NCBI RefSeq assembly: GCF_037042905.1
Contig: NC_087246.1
Location: 3,038,001-3,102,000 of the forward strand
DNA length: 64,000 nucleotides
DNA from: Lytechinus pictus
Lineage: Eukaryota
Direction: 5' to 3'
Positions within the stretch are counted from its first letter, which is position 1, and every line of letters starts with the position of its first letter. Of the stretch, positions 1 to 11,550 are shown in pieces. A program made the position numbers and the translations under genes. Below the pieces are notes generated by a model. It made no database searches. It saw nothing but the letters and a program-made list of their open reading frames with translations, and was not told where the DNA came from.

Positions 1-38
1 AGTAACGTAAAGAAAGTATTATAAATGTTCGATCATAC

Positions 39-347
39 CTTATCCCCTCGTTTCAATCCCATCCGTTGAGCAATTTTAGCAATTCTGTTAGCTCTTCTAT
101 TAATGTCGTCATACGTGTACGACTTTCCTTCAAATATGAGCATGGTTTTAGCAGGAGATTTCATGGCATGTTCTTCAAATTTATCAGCTATCGTGTACGG
201 TATCGGCATTTTCGAGTACTTTGCGAGGATCCGTTGTCTGCGAAGCTGAGTTAAGATGAAATGGACATCGGTAAAGGTCGTCGGGAAGTGAAGCCAGATA
301 ACAAGGCAGAAAGTCACCAAAAAGAATATTGCAATGATGAACAGCAT
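39..347 (-). CDS. SLC27/FATP-family very-long-chain acyl-CoA synthetase (fatty acid transport protein), first coding exon; gene continues off the left edge
   Basis: Hydrophobic N-terminal anchor (MLFIIAIFFLVTFCLVIWLHF) followed by TIADKFEEHA..P.KTMLIFEGKSYTYDDINRRANRIA....GLKRGDKV, the typical FATP N-terminus. Donor AAG|GTATGA at 39/38; upstream acceptor tttcctccAG at 371-370. Paralog not resolvable. Confidence 0.85.
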
Positions 348-1179
348 TGTAAATTTTACCGTATTACAGCTGGAGGAAAATAGAATGAATACATGTTTGT
401 AATAATATTTATTAATTCAATTCAAATCCTAAAGTACAATATATAGAGAACGATGCAAAATGTAACGATATAAATCTACTGATAAATTTACACTAGTGGA
501 TAATTATTCATAATATATCAAAATTATAAAATAGTCATTAATATCAAATGATAATAATGACGATGATGAAGATGATGATGGTGGTGGTGATGGTGATAAC
601 AGAATAATAATATATTTAGTGGCTTGATAAGCAAACAAAATTGAGGGGGCTATATATGGCGTATTGCATAAAATGTATTTTTTTTAAGCGAGCGAGCAAA
701 AATTTCGAAAATCAAAAATCAAATTTTGTGATAGATTTTGAAATAATATAAAATGAAATCATGTTTTACCCTATTCTCGTTTCTTTTATTTACTTTTCTC
801 TCATTTTCCTTGGTCGTGATTTTTTTTGTTTGGGGGGGGGGGGGGGCAAGCCCTTATCTGTACGCCACTGAATGAAGTGATGGTAATATCGAACCCGTTT
901 ATTGTCAATCTGATTTCTTTTGGCAGCATCAGATATTCCTTGGTCTCGTAATAGAGAAATCCATTTTTACTTTTCCCATTGGCTTTGTATCCATAACGAC
1001 TACATTATCTTCAGGTGTGCTGTAATTTATAGTCCTTAGAATGAAATATAGGTTTTCTATGTTTTTATTTCAAACCCAAAAACGTATTAATAAGAACTGA
1101 TTATGCATTAACATTGAAAGTCAGCTTTGTTATGTCAATAAAAGATGGAAGAAATCAATCAAAATCCTTATCGGCTTAC

Positions 1180-1300
1180 CTCTAATGCAGCATAAATATA
1201 GAAATTAAATTGGTGTCTATCATAGGAGACTTGGTACCAACGAAGATTGAAGATTTCGATTAAGAAAATAGGTAATATTAAGAGGTCTTCTTTGAGCCAG
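1180..1300 (-). other. Candidate non-coding 5' exon of the SLC27-like gene (5' boundary unknown)
   Basis: Strong minus-strand donor GAG|GTAAGC at 1180/1179. The coding exon starts with an acceptor 22 nt before its ATG, so an upstream exon is expected. Confidence 0.4.
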
Positions 1301-1762
1301 TCTGCTTGATGAAACTCGTCCAGGTATCTAATGATTTTCTCTTAAGTAGTCAACATATTTATATTATTCCCATTTCTTGAAACTAATCAGAATATTTGAA
1401 TATTAATATAGCTTATTTATACGACATCTGTTTCATTTCGCACACGTCATTGCGGTTGGAATACCGAACAAGGAGAAATGAAGACAATTCCCAGTGCGCT
1501 CATTGGATGAAACCTTCGATCCAATTAGAGGCTCCGAATGGCTCTCTCCAAAATGATGTTTTACGGAGAAGCGAAGGTCAACGAACTGTACATGCATGGG
1601 TTTGAGATCGAGAAGGTTGACGTGTGTGTGTTGTGACCATTCTACCGCTATGGTGTGATGAAGATATGGGTCAAATGCTCGAATAGCGGCTAGACCATCT
1701 CGCTTTTACAAAGTTCCCTGAAGACAATGAGACCAGAGAAACTCAGATGTGATATTATTCTT

Positions 1763-1852
1763 TGACGTCATGCGGAGACTCGTCTTTTTCATTACCGACA
1801 TCATGCATCAGAACTCGAGGTTACAACCTTTTTAATTTGCATATTGACGTCA
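1763..1852. promoter_or_regulatory. Two perfect CRE palindromes (TGACGTCA) between the divergent SLC27-like and collagen-like genes
   Basis: TGACGTCA at 1763-1770 and 1845-1852; function not shown. Confidence 0.35.
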
Positions 1853-3928
1853 TAAGAATTTATGTAGTTATTAATTGAACAACGTGATATTTCAACAACA
1901 AAAAAGGGGAAAATAAAATCAAAGTTGTAATAAAGAACCCGAGTATGACATTTCTAATAAAATCACGCAGAGCCACATCATCGATGCCGAATCAATGTAA
2001 ACAAAACACGAAGGGGGGGGGGGGGTCAGATCGAGTGCCGTGACTAGCGTAACCAAGGGGCTCCATATATATGCAGTTCTCGGCCCAAAACCAGACCTAT
2101 CTGTATGATATTTTCATTTTTGTTTTTATTTAATTTCAGAATTATTATCAGTTTTGATTGTGTATATTCCGGTGGATATAAATTTTCGTTAGACTCCAAG
2201 TTATTTTTTTTAATATCGATAATACATTTCTTATTGTTGGGATGGACTTGGCATGTCTGCTGAAACTTCTGCTGTCTGCTGACATTTTGGCTGCAACCAA
2301 CAAATTCAAGTTCTGTTTCAAAATTATTCAAGCCAATCAATAAAATGAAAATTTTACAATAGAAAACAAAAATAAATATTTGATAGGTTTGCCCCCCCCC
2401 CTAAAAAAAAAAGCATGTAGAGTTTGTGAAAAGCCTTCTTGATACACTCTTAAAATGTTGGGCAACATGTCCACACAACAATTGGTTAAAAGATTTATCC
2501 AACTCTGGGTAATTTTCAACCAATACTGTGTACTTTTCACCCAAAGCACACATTATTGGTTTAAAACTACCCCAAATTGGATAAAATTTTAACCAATTGT
2601 TGTGTGGACAGTATGTTGCCCAACATTTTTAAGAGTGTAAAAGGAGCGTTATAAACCAAACTCATAGTACAAAACTGATGCTGATTAAAAACAAAGAGAA
2701 ATAAAAATCAATATACAAGGCGATATAGCTAAGTGAGTTCGGGGTGGGACAACCCAACTACTTTGGATATCGTGAGTAAAACTGCCCTCCCATCAGTAAA
2801 AAAGTAGAAAAGTGCGAGAGGTGAGAATAGAATGAAGAGAAAAAGAGGGGGAAAAGGAAAGAAGAGAAAGAAGTAAAGATAAAACAAGTAAAAAGAAGAA
2901 AGGGGCAAAGAGGGAGAGGAAACATAAGGATGATAAAAAAGGACCCCAAAATAGAAGGAAGTTTTTAAAAAGATAGAGAATGAGGTGGGGTTGACGAGGG
3001 AGGTTTATGAGGTATATGACCTTTGGTGTAATCATAGACGCGTAGTTTAACAAATTATGAAATATCGTCTGTCGTGTCTTTTTGTGTGTATGTGTGTTTT
3101 GCTCACCGATGGGCATGCCGCCCCTTTAGTTTTGTCATTGGCGGGGAAACGCAGCATTGATAAGCAAAGTTCATTACTGAGAAAGCAAATTTAGTAGAAA
3201 CACAGAGTCGTTTCCAACCTAAGTTCAAGCTCAAAATTTATTTTCTTCCGCTATAACCAGAAAATGAATGATGTTCAAAACAACGAGAATAAAACTTGTG
3301 AACAATGAGCTGAAGATATCGGAAATATTGGAACGAGGTGTTCTATATAGAAGCAAAGCTTGTAATGCGTTTAATGTACCGTCCTTTTTCTCCTCATCAT
3401 GATCGCATAGCCATGGGAAGCGGGGATGCTGCTAGGGTACCCCCAATATTTTCACATGGGGTGTTGCATGTACTGATATTTTCTATAGGCAGCACCCCCT
3501 GAACATTCCGGTAGGTGTGGCAAATTGGGGAAAAAGTGTAAGGAAAATGACCAACGTTTATGTTGTAACCTTTTTTTTTCTTGTTCTCAAATTTCCTGGG
3601 ACCAAAACGACCTTCATTTTGAATTGAAACCCTTTAAAAAAAATTTGGGGGGGGGGGGCTCTTAAATTTCCAGGGACCAAAACGACTTTCATTTTTGTAG
3701 TGAAACCGTTTTTTTTTTTTTTTTTTTTTTTTTTTTGCCTGTCAAATTTTCTTTAGCACCCCTGTAAATAATCATAGGGCCCTGCATAAATCGTTGTTGT
3801 TGTTAGGGGGAGTGATGATTGGGGTATGGCCTCTGGTCTCTATAGGGAGATGCGCTACTATAGCTCCACCTCCTGACTTTCCTCCTTCTCTAATCTTCCA
3901 AAGAGTGGGAGGGGCTTGCAGAAATTCA

Positions 3929-3938
3929 TATATAAATA
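3929..3938 (+). promoter_or_regulatory. Candidate TATA box of the collagen-like gene
   Basis: TATATAAATA about 125 nt upstream of the signal-peptide ATG at 4059. Confidence 0.45.
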
Positions 3939-4058
3939 CAAATCCTTCTGAAAGTCGACTCATTTATCTCATGTTATCTGAGTGATTTCTGAAACACTTC
4001 TAGAAACTATACTTTCAAAGTTTTATTTCTCAACTTTTGGATCGGTGTTTGTTCCATC

Positions 4059-4164
4059 ATGATGAAATCAGTCTTTGTCGCATCGTTACTTTTATTTTCA
4101 TCTCTGTATCTTTTTGGTGTAAGCAAAGGCGTTGCTGTTTCAAAGGGAGATCCACATGATGAAA
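4059..4164 (+). CDS. Collagen C4-like exon 1 (signal peptide)
   Basis: MMKSVFVASLLLFSSLYLFGVSKGVAVSKGDPHDE; donor A|GTAAGT, phase 1. Confidence 0.8.
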
Positions 4165-7100
4165 GTAAGTCTCTTTGAAATTGAATAATTCGGATATCAT
4201 ACAATGAGCTGATTAATAATAGTGATCAGTGGACATTCAAATGTGAACTGAATTATTTCAGATGGTACTTTTCAGGTATCGAGAGAATGTTTTTGACAAT
4301 TGTGAACGTTCTCCTTCAAAATTGCCCGTAACAAACATTAATCGTTCTTTAATGTAAACACAGGGGCGGCGGGACGTATTTTCGTTGAGGAGGGGGGGGG
4401 CGGGCAAAGCCAAAAAAGGGCACTTATATGAGATTATCATCTGTGTGAAGAAGTTGTGTGTTTTGGAGTAATAAAGTTGAGCAAAGTTTTGTTTAAAGTG
4501 ATTTCTGATTGATAAGATATATATTTAGGTTTTCTTTTTTCGTGATCGAGCGAGCGGTTTGTAAAAAATTTCAAATCTGTAATTGTAATCTCGTTTTTTT
4601 TTGGTCAATTATGGACCTAATTACTACTAAAAAAGCATCCTTGCGAGATGTTGCGAGCGCGAATCACGAGCTCAAACTTTCTGAAATTTAATGTAATAAG
4701 ACATGACAAGTAAACATTTCGAGCAGTTTTTGTAATCATGAAAAAAAAGGATGTGAATCTAACTAAAGCACGAGCTGAAACTTTTAATATACTGACCAGA
4801 AAAGGAACCTTTTAAAATTTGTGATATTCTTACCAGAAAACTGGACATTCTAGGCATTTTATTTAACCAGGGACAGAATGACTACCTTAATAAACAATAA
4901 TTGGTGCGAGCGCAAAAAATGAGCAAAAAATGTATATTATTCCAACCTGTAAACTGGACATATGCATTTAACCATGAACCATGAACAGGACGAATACCTT
5001 ATGGAGGTATGATAATTAAGTGCAAGGATTGAGCGTTGTGGCCCAGTGGATTAGTCTCCGGACTTTGAAACAGAGGGTCGTGGGTTCAAATCCCAGCCAT
5101 GGCGTAGTTTCCTTCAGCAAGAAATTTATCCACATTGTGCTGCACTCAACCCAGGTGAGGTGAATGGGTACCTGGCAGGAATTTATTCCTTGAAATGCCC
5201 CAGCGCTGTAAAAGGCTGCGGGGCTAAAGCCAGGGTAATAATATCCAAGTCCTTTGGAAGCGCATAGAGACGTTATTTATAATGTGTTATGCGCTATACA
5301 AGAACTGTCTATTATTATTATACTTAACAATAATTGATGCGAGCGCGAAGCGCGAGCCAAACATTTTGTGATTTTTTTTTTTTTGCCTAAAATGTCTTAT
5401 GTTTTACTCCAAAACGGGTATTTCAGTTTGAACTTGAAAAGGAAAAAAGGGCATTTGCCATTTTGAAAAAGGGCATTTTTCCTGCGGGGGATGGGGGTCA
5501 CTTGCCCCCTCCCCCCGGTTCCGCCGCCCCTGTGTAAACATGCCTGTAAATATCACTATATAAGCATGATAATTAAGTGCAAGGATGTAGCCTATACCAA
5601 CGAATAAATCCCGATGGGAAAAAATATGAATATTTTCTTGAAAAAAAATACGTTTAAAACAGTTGTTTTTGCCATTTTCTGGGGTTTTTTTTACAAGCAT
5701 GTCATTTTTTTCTGTTGCTCTCTCTCCCTCTTGCTCTGAATTTCTACCCCATCTCATCACTCCCCATCACGCTTCCTATTGTGTCCCCTCTCCTTCTTCC
5801 CTCTCCAACAATTTTTTTTCTTCTCTCATAAAAAAAAAATCCACCCATGATACTATTCTAGATTCTGCCGAGAATGCCCCAACAGAAGAGGACAAAATCT
5901 CTCAAATCGGAAAACAGATTTTGTTTCTTCAGGTATGTAAACTACAATTGACTGTATATTAATTCCATTCAGGTGTACCACCAGGGATGGGCATGAGGCG
6001 ACTACCCCTGTATAGAAAAGGGAGAAAAGGGATGTAAAGGTCTGGGTGGGTCGTGTAAACCACTAAATATCACCGATAATTCAATTAGAAAATATGACGT
6101 CACTGTTAGGTCGTCTTGTCTCCCTCAACCCCCCCCCCCCCCAACTAAACATTGAAGGAATTGAAGGAAATTTTATGCGCCAATTATGAAATCAGAAGAA
6201 AGTATCAGGTGTTAACGTGTAAATCTTTGTAGATACATTTTGGATATCGCGGTAGTACAATTAATATATTTATATCTAAATGATATGATGATGATTATGT
6301 TTATTTGAATTTCTTTCTTTGAAACTATTTAGGAATCTGTTGCTGAGATCACCCGTTCTTTTTCAACTCTCAAGCTCATCGCAAAGAATCCATCGGTGAT
6401 GGCAAAGATTCATGTTCCAAACGTCCTCGAAACCGAACTGGGAGAAGCTACTCAGAAACGACTCCGAAGAGAGCTCGACTCGCCATCGACCCTTCCAACA
6501 TCGTTCCCATCTCCTGATCAGACAAACCAACTGGGTTTGAACCACTTTGGACCGTACTCATGGCCAATGTATTCTGGTAGGTACAACGATCGGGTTAATA
6601 TTACCAGAACTACATGTTTTTAATTACAAAAATAATATCTATTCAGATGTGCTGCAGACAAATTTACGGTATATTAAACAATGTGGATTACTAATATAAA
6701 TGTATCGTGTATCCTTGCTATAGGTCAGTGTTTTCTGTGTCCTGCTGGTGTGCCAGGACAACGAGGTCCTCCAGGTCCACAGGGTGTCCCAGGTAGAGAT
6801 GGTAGAGATGGTAGAGATGCACCTGCAGATCATCATGGTGAGTATGGTTACCATCCCGAGATCCCAGTTGTCCCGACCCCCTCAACACATTGTATAGTAA
6901 CAAGAGTAAACTACAAGAACAAAGTGATGAGTGAGACATATTTGAGTCATAGATATTATGTAGCCCATCACATAATTTACAGTGTAGGCTTGCTAATGTT
7001 TCCACAGACTCTGCTAATTAAAGTTTCCTGCATTTAATAATCATCCAAATATAAATGAATCATATATTGTTGTAATTTTTACAATTTTAGCGCATGAAAC

Positions 7101-8544
7101 GGGTACCCAAACAAGCCCAACAGAACCTAGCAGTAATCCAGAAGTGCGTCCTGTAGGTAACATGACGAGTCTTCCTGGTGCCATCTATATTCGCTGGGGA
7201 AACGACGAATGCCCGTCAGGAGCAGATCTCATATATTCAGGTTGGTACGCCCCGTTTATAGCGTTAAAACTGTATTTGAATTAATGATAGTCAAATGAGT
7301 TCGTGATAACATGGTCCTCTGAAAGGTTTTAAAAGTCGAAGGGGGAAGGGGTGACCATGCAAGAAATGCACATACAATCAGATGGTAATTTTAAAATGAA
7401 AAATGTACTAAAGATCGTGAATTCCTGTAGGCCAATAGGCATGATAGGCCTTATGCATTTATCCATTTTAACTTCTTAAAGATCTATTATTCCCATCACG
7501 CAGTTGGTTACATGTTTTCATCATCATCATCATCGTCATTGCAATTAATATATTCTTCTTCTCCTTTATCATCATCATCTACATCATCATTATTCTTACC
7601 ATCTTTAATCCCCGGACTTTAATCTTTCAGAATTTACCTAGGTGGGTCGTTGCTCCCCCCAGGCTCAATTCGCTCCAATTAACAAAGGAAGATTCAGTCC
7701 CGATTATGTTCATGTCAACATTGTAACAGCATGACATGAACTTCGATTTAAGAAAAAAAATATGTTATAGTTTGTCTTAATGTGACAAATTGTAAGTTTT
7801 TTAACATTTATCATCATCTGGCTTTGGACCTCATAACTTCAATTTGCGACTTTCCATAATTACCTACAATTTAATTCCTTGCATCGCGTCCGATCCTTAA
7901 TTGAGGCCAAGGCCAATTAAGGCCAATGACACCAATATTGGTATTAGGCCAATGTCGGCCTCGATGACTACCACACTGCAGATCTCATGATATGGCCTCT
8001 ATACTACTGCATTATATTTATCAAGCGTTGTGTGTTTTGTTATTTCATTTTAGGTACAATTGGAGGTGCGCATTATACCCAATCTGGTAGTGGCTCGAAT
8101 CATCTATGCATGCCAGATGAGCCTATTTATGACGAAGTAGAAACTTCTTTACATGCTGAACGTGCTCTCTTGTACTCTTCAGAATACCAACTTAGCACAG
8201 GTCCGTCACGCATCCAGCCGATGCATGACCATACCCCGACATGTGCAGTCTGCAGGGCGCCCTCTGGCCGTCCAACCAAACTGATGATTCCTGCCCGGAA
8301 TGTGTGTCCATCTGAAGATTGGCGTTTGGAGTACGCTGGGTACATCATGTCTGAAAAATACACACATAAGAGATCGGAATTTGTGTGTGTGGATCGAGAG
8401 ATGGTTCCTACAGCGGGAACCCATGGAGATCAAAATGGCGTACTCTTGTACTTAACAGAAGTTCGATGTTTGGTGGGAGGTGGTTTGGATTGTGGGCCTT
8501 ATATCGATGGTTACGAAATTACATGCGCAGTTTGCACTATCTAA
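4059..8544 (+). CDS. Secreted short-chain collagen C4-like protein, 391 aa; join(4059..4164,5862..5932,6333..6576,6724..6837,7091..7240,8054..8544)
   Basis: Six GT-AG exons in consistent phase (1176 nt). Signal peptide, RLRR convertase site, CxxC, 8 Gly-X-Y triplets, then a Cys-rich C-terminal domain (YIRWG..CP...LIYSG..GG.HY..SGSGSNHLCMP...CAVC...CP...WRLEYAGY.M.....EFVCVD...CAVCT) typical of spongin/short-chain collagen C4-like proteins. Confidence 0.88.
4361..5532. mobile_element. Non-autonomous hAT-like DNA transposon in collagen intron 1
   Basis: TIRs CAGGGGCGGCGG / CCGCCGCCCCTG; perfect 8-bp TSD TGTAAACA (4353-4360, 5533-5540); internal GCGAGCGC repeats. Confidence 0.8.
5031..5321 (+). 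mobile_element. tRNA-derived SINE nested in the hAT-like element
   Basis: Pol III A box TGGCCCAGTGG and B box GGTTCAAATCC, unique body, (TAT)n tail; diverged copies near 22050-22150 and 30370-30555. Confidence 0.85.
5862..5932 (+). CDS. Collagen C4-like exon 2
   Basis: tattctAG|..SAENAPTEEDKISQIGKQILFLQ|GTATGT; phase 1 to 0. Confidence 0.75.
6333..6576 (+). CDS. Collagen C4-like exon 3 (contains RLRR)
   Basis: tttAG|ESVAEITRSF...QKRLRRELDS...WPMYS G|GTAGGT; phase 0 to 1. Confidence 0.8.
6724..6837 (+). CDS. Collagen C4-like exon 4 (CxxC + Gly-X-Y)
   Basis: GQCFLCPAGVPGQRGPPGPQGVPGRDGRDGRDAPADHH; donor G|GTGAGT. Confidence 0.88.
7091..7240 (+). CDS. Collagen C4-like exon 5
   Basis: HETGTQTSPTEPSSNPEVRPVGNMTSLPGAIYIRWGNDECPSGADLIYS; AG/GT flanks. 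Confidence 0.88.
8054..8544 (+). CDS. Collagen C4-like exon 6 (C-terminal Cys-rich domain, stop)
   Basis: ttttAG|GTIGGAHYTQSGSGSNHLCMPDEP...YEITCAVCTI*. Confidence 0.9.
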
Positions 8545-8967
8545 ACACAATTTCTTATCTGCATAGACAACTATAATTCGTTTCATTCTGATTTTGCATT
8601 ACAGTTACAAAGAAATTAAATCAATTTAAGACATTATTTACACAACCGTGGCCATTAATCACATTATATGATGTACCCATCTTTTATCCACAGTCATTGA
8701 TTGCAAGAATCTAAATTATTGAAAATGCAAAATTTTGAATTGTAAAAATAATGTTTGATTTATCTCTTTATTCCAAGAGATGCTTGGGGTCATTGTATAA
8801 AAAGTGCTTGGAACAACTTCTGAAGGTTTCCATGGCGAAGAAAAATAATGTACACCGTGAAACCTAATATGCTTGGAACAACGTGTTGGAACGAAATGAA
8901 AAATGTATTTAAGCAGTATTTGCTGAGAAATAACGATGTTTACAACAGTTTGTCTTTAATTGTTCTT

Positions 8968-11550
8968 GATTGATTGATTGATTGATTGATTTTATTTGGC
9001 AAGTCACCATAACATATATACAGTCGCATTAAAACAACAGGCTTGCACAGGATGACCCACGAAAGCTCGAAAGCTTATTTCCAGAGGGGTCCTCAATATA
9101 CAGAATTAAGATAATAAAATGTTAAAATTATACTATTTACATATTAAAAATGAAGAAAAAAAATCAGAATTTACTATTACCAATAAATAAGATATATAGA
9201 CAATAAATAAGATATATACAAGAATATAACGAAGAAGAAGGAGAAAAGAAGGAGAAGGAAGAGGAGGAACAGAAGAAGAGAGGGGACGAGGAGTAGAAGG
9301 AGACGGAAGAAACTGATAACGAAGGGAAATAAATAAGGAGAAGAACAACAGCATAAACGTGACGACAATAACAACAAGAAGAGGAGAATAGGAAGAAATA
9401 AAACAAATAGAAAGAATAGAAGAAAGGACAAATCGAAGCTTCAATCAAACTATGTAAAATACATAATAATACCTAGTAGAGAAGAGAAAAGAACTAGGTC
9501 AGTATTCAGGCTAAATCAACCGTACAACATATCATTTGCATCTTCTTTTTGACTCTCAAGTGAAAGATATTCTTTCAATTTCCTCTTAAAATGCAAAAAG
9601 TTTCCTATTTCCTTTATATCATTGGGAAGGGAATTCCAATGTTTTATAGCATTGTAATAAAATGAGTTACCAATACTACCTACCCTTTCTGGTAAGCAAA
9701 AATTGAAATGGCTGTTACTTGTATTATAGTTATGTATTTCGGTAACTAGATTAAAGTTTGATCCAATGTAATGATTCGATCTATTGTGATAGATTTTATG
9801 CACGTGGTGCAAAATAAGCTGTTTTGATCTTTTGTTGACTTCAAGAAAACCTGCTCCAGAGAGTTCGGTGTAGCCAACATGGGTTCTGGGACCAGAACAG
9901 CTAATGAATCTAACCATTTTATTCTGTATAATTTTCAACTTCTTTTTATCGAGTTCGCTTATGCCACTAAACCAAGCAGGGTTGGCATAGTCAAATAAAC
10001 TCTGAATAAGAGCAAAACAGAGAATACGCCTTGCTTTTTGATCCATACAACTTTGATACCTGTACAAAAATTTCAAACGGGCATTCGCCCTTTTTACGAT
10101 TGATTCTACTAAAGATGAAAATGAAAGGGAGCTAGTCAACTCAATGCCTAAATACTTTACAGATTCTTTCCTATGAATTATCTTATTATTGTATGATACT
10201 TCAAATTCAAATGAAGTTTTATGATTACTTTTAGAACAAAACAGAATGCTTTCGGTTTTGCCTAAGTGTAACGATAATCTATTATCAGTCATCCAATCGA
10301 CACATGTAGACAGCTGTTCGCTAAGTTTTTCCTCAACAAATTTTGGGTTGGCATTTGAACAAAGTAGTACGCTATCATCTGCATACAATAATAATTTACA
10401 GTCAGCTTTTAAACAAATAGACATGTCATTGATATAAGTTGAAAATAGGATTGGGCCTAAAATACTTCCCTGTGGAACTCCACACGTTATAGGCATAATT
10501 TTGGAACAAATATCGCGAATAGCCACTACTTGATGTCGATTCGACAAGTAGGATTTGAACCATGCTACAGTAGCCTGGTTAAAACCCATTATTTGTAATT
10601 TTTTCAATAAGATGCCGTGATTAACTGTATCAAATGCTTTTTGAAGATCTAGGAGTACCATCCCAACGAATTGTCCCTTAGACATATTTGTTCTCAGATA
10701 ATCAGTCAAGTGAATAAGGCATGTCTCAGTCGAATAGTCATGTCGAAAACCTGACTGATATTCGTAAATCATATCATTTTCTTTAAAATATTTTTCGATC
10801 TGAACACATACCGCCTTTTCTAGAATTTGGATAAACTATGCTTAAAACACTGATAGGTCTATAGTTTTCAACAGCAGTTTTATCTTTCTTCTTATGAATA
10901 GGAGTTACTTTTGCAATTTTCATATCCTCTGGGAAAGTGCTAGTAAAGATAGATAGATTTATTAAGAAATTTAATGGTTTGTACAAACTCTTTGCTCCTT
11001 CTTTTAGAAATTTAGCAGGTATCAAATCTAACCCAGTGCTTTTTGATACATTTAATTTACGCAACTCATTAAAAATGAATTGATCACTAACAGGTAATAA
11101 TTCAAATTTATCTTGGCTTATACCCTTTTTTTCATAAAATTTACGAATGTTTTCACTGTCTGCACTGAAAATGTCTTTGCAAGATGGAAGTTTATCTACC
11201 AACGTAGCTGCGACATTTGTAAAATAGGAATTGAATTCATTGGAAATAGTTATCTTATCATGACATAATTCTCCGTCAATTGAAACGACTAATTCTTGGT
11301 CCTTTCCATTTTTCTTTTTTAATCCCAAACTTTTTAGATTCTGCCAAAGTCTTTTAGAATCATTTTTATTTTCTTCTATTTTATTTTGTAGGTATTCTAA
11401 TTTGGCCTTTTTCACCTCTCTTTGAACCATATTTCTTAATTTCTTGTATATTTTGGAAAGCGTGTCATAATCCTGATCGCTTAGATTTTTCTTCATTTTT
11501 TTATACGCCACATTTCTTTCTCGAATAAGAGAAATAATATCTTTAGTCAC
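8968..11550 (-). mobile_element. 5'-truncated non-LTR retrotransposon (CR1/L2 group) with ORF2 reverse transcriptase
   Basis: ORFs 10783-11550 and 9516-10772 join across one frameshift near 10830. Motifs NYRPISVLS, QSGFR, DLQKAFDTVNH, GVPQGSILGP, YADD, YLG. Pyrimidine-rich 3' UTR ending AATAAA(ATCA)n. Confidence 0.92.
9516..11550 (-). pseudogene. LINE ORF2 reverse transcriptase, frameshifted and lacking the endonuclease
   Basis: About 680 codons with a single frameshift and canonical non-LTR RT motifs. Confidence 0.88.

Noticed and set aside
5031-5102. tRNA gene
   Set aside because: A and B boxes are present, but the sequence continues into a SINE body with a (TAT)n tail and has diverged copies elsewhere in the window.
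9133-9448. Hydrophobic membrane-protein-like ORFs (also 2758-3116, 38855-39193, 41317-41676)
   Set aside because: Translations of low-complexity purine/pyrimidine tracts in the LINE 3' UTR, transposon interiors or intergenic DNA.
9516-10772. Retron, group II intron or DGR-type reverse transcriptase system
   Set aside because: Motifs, C-terminus, 3' UTR and microsatellite tail are those of a eukaryotic CR1/L2-group LINE.
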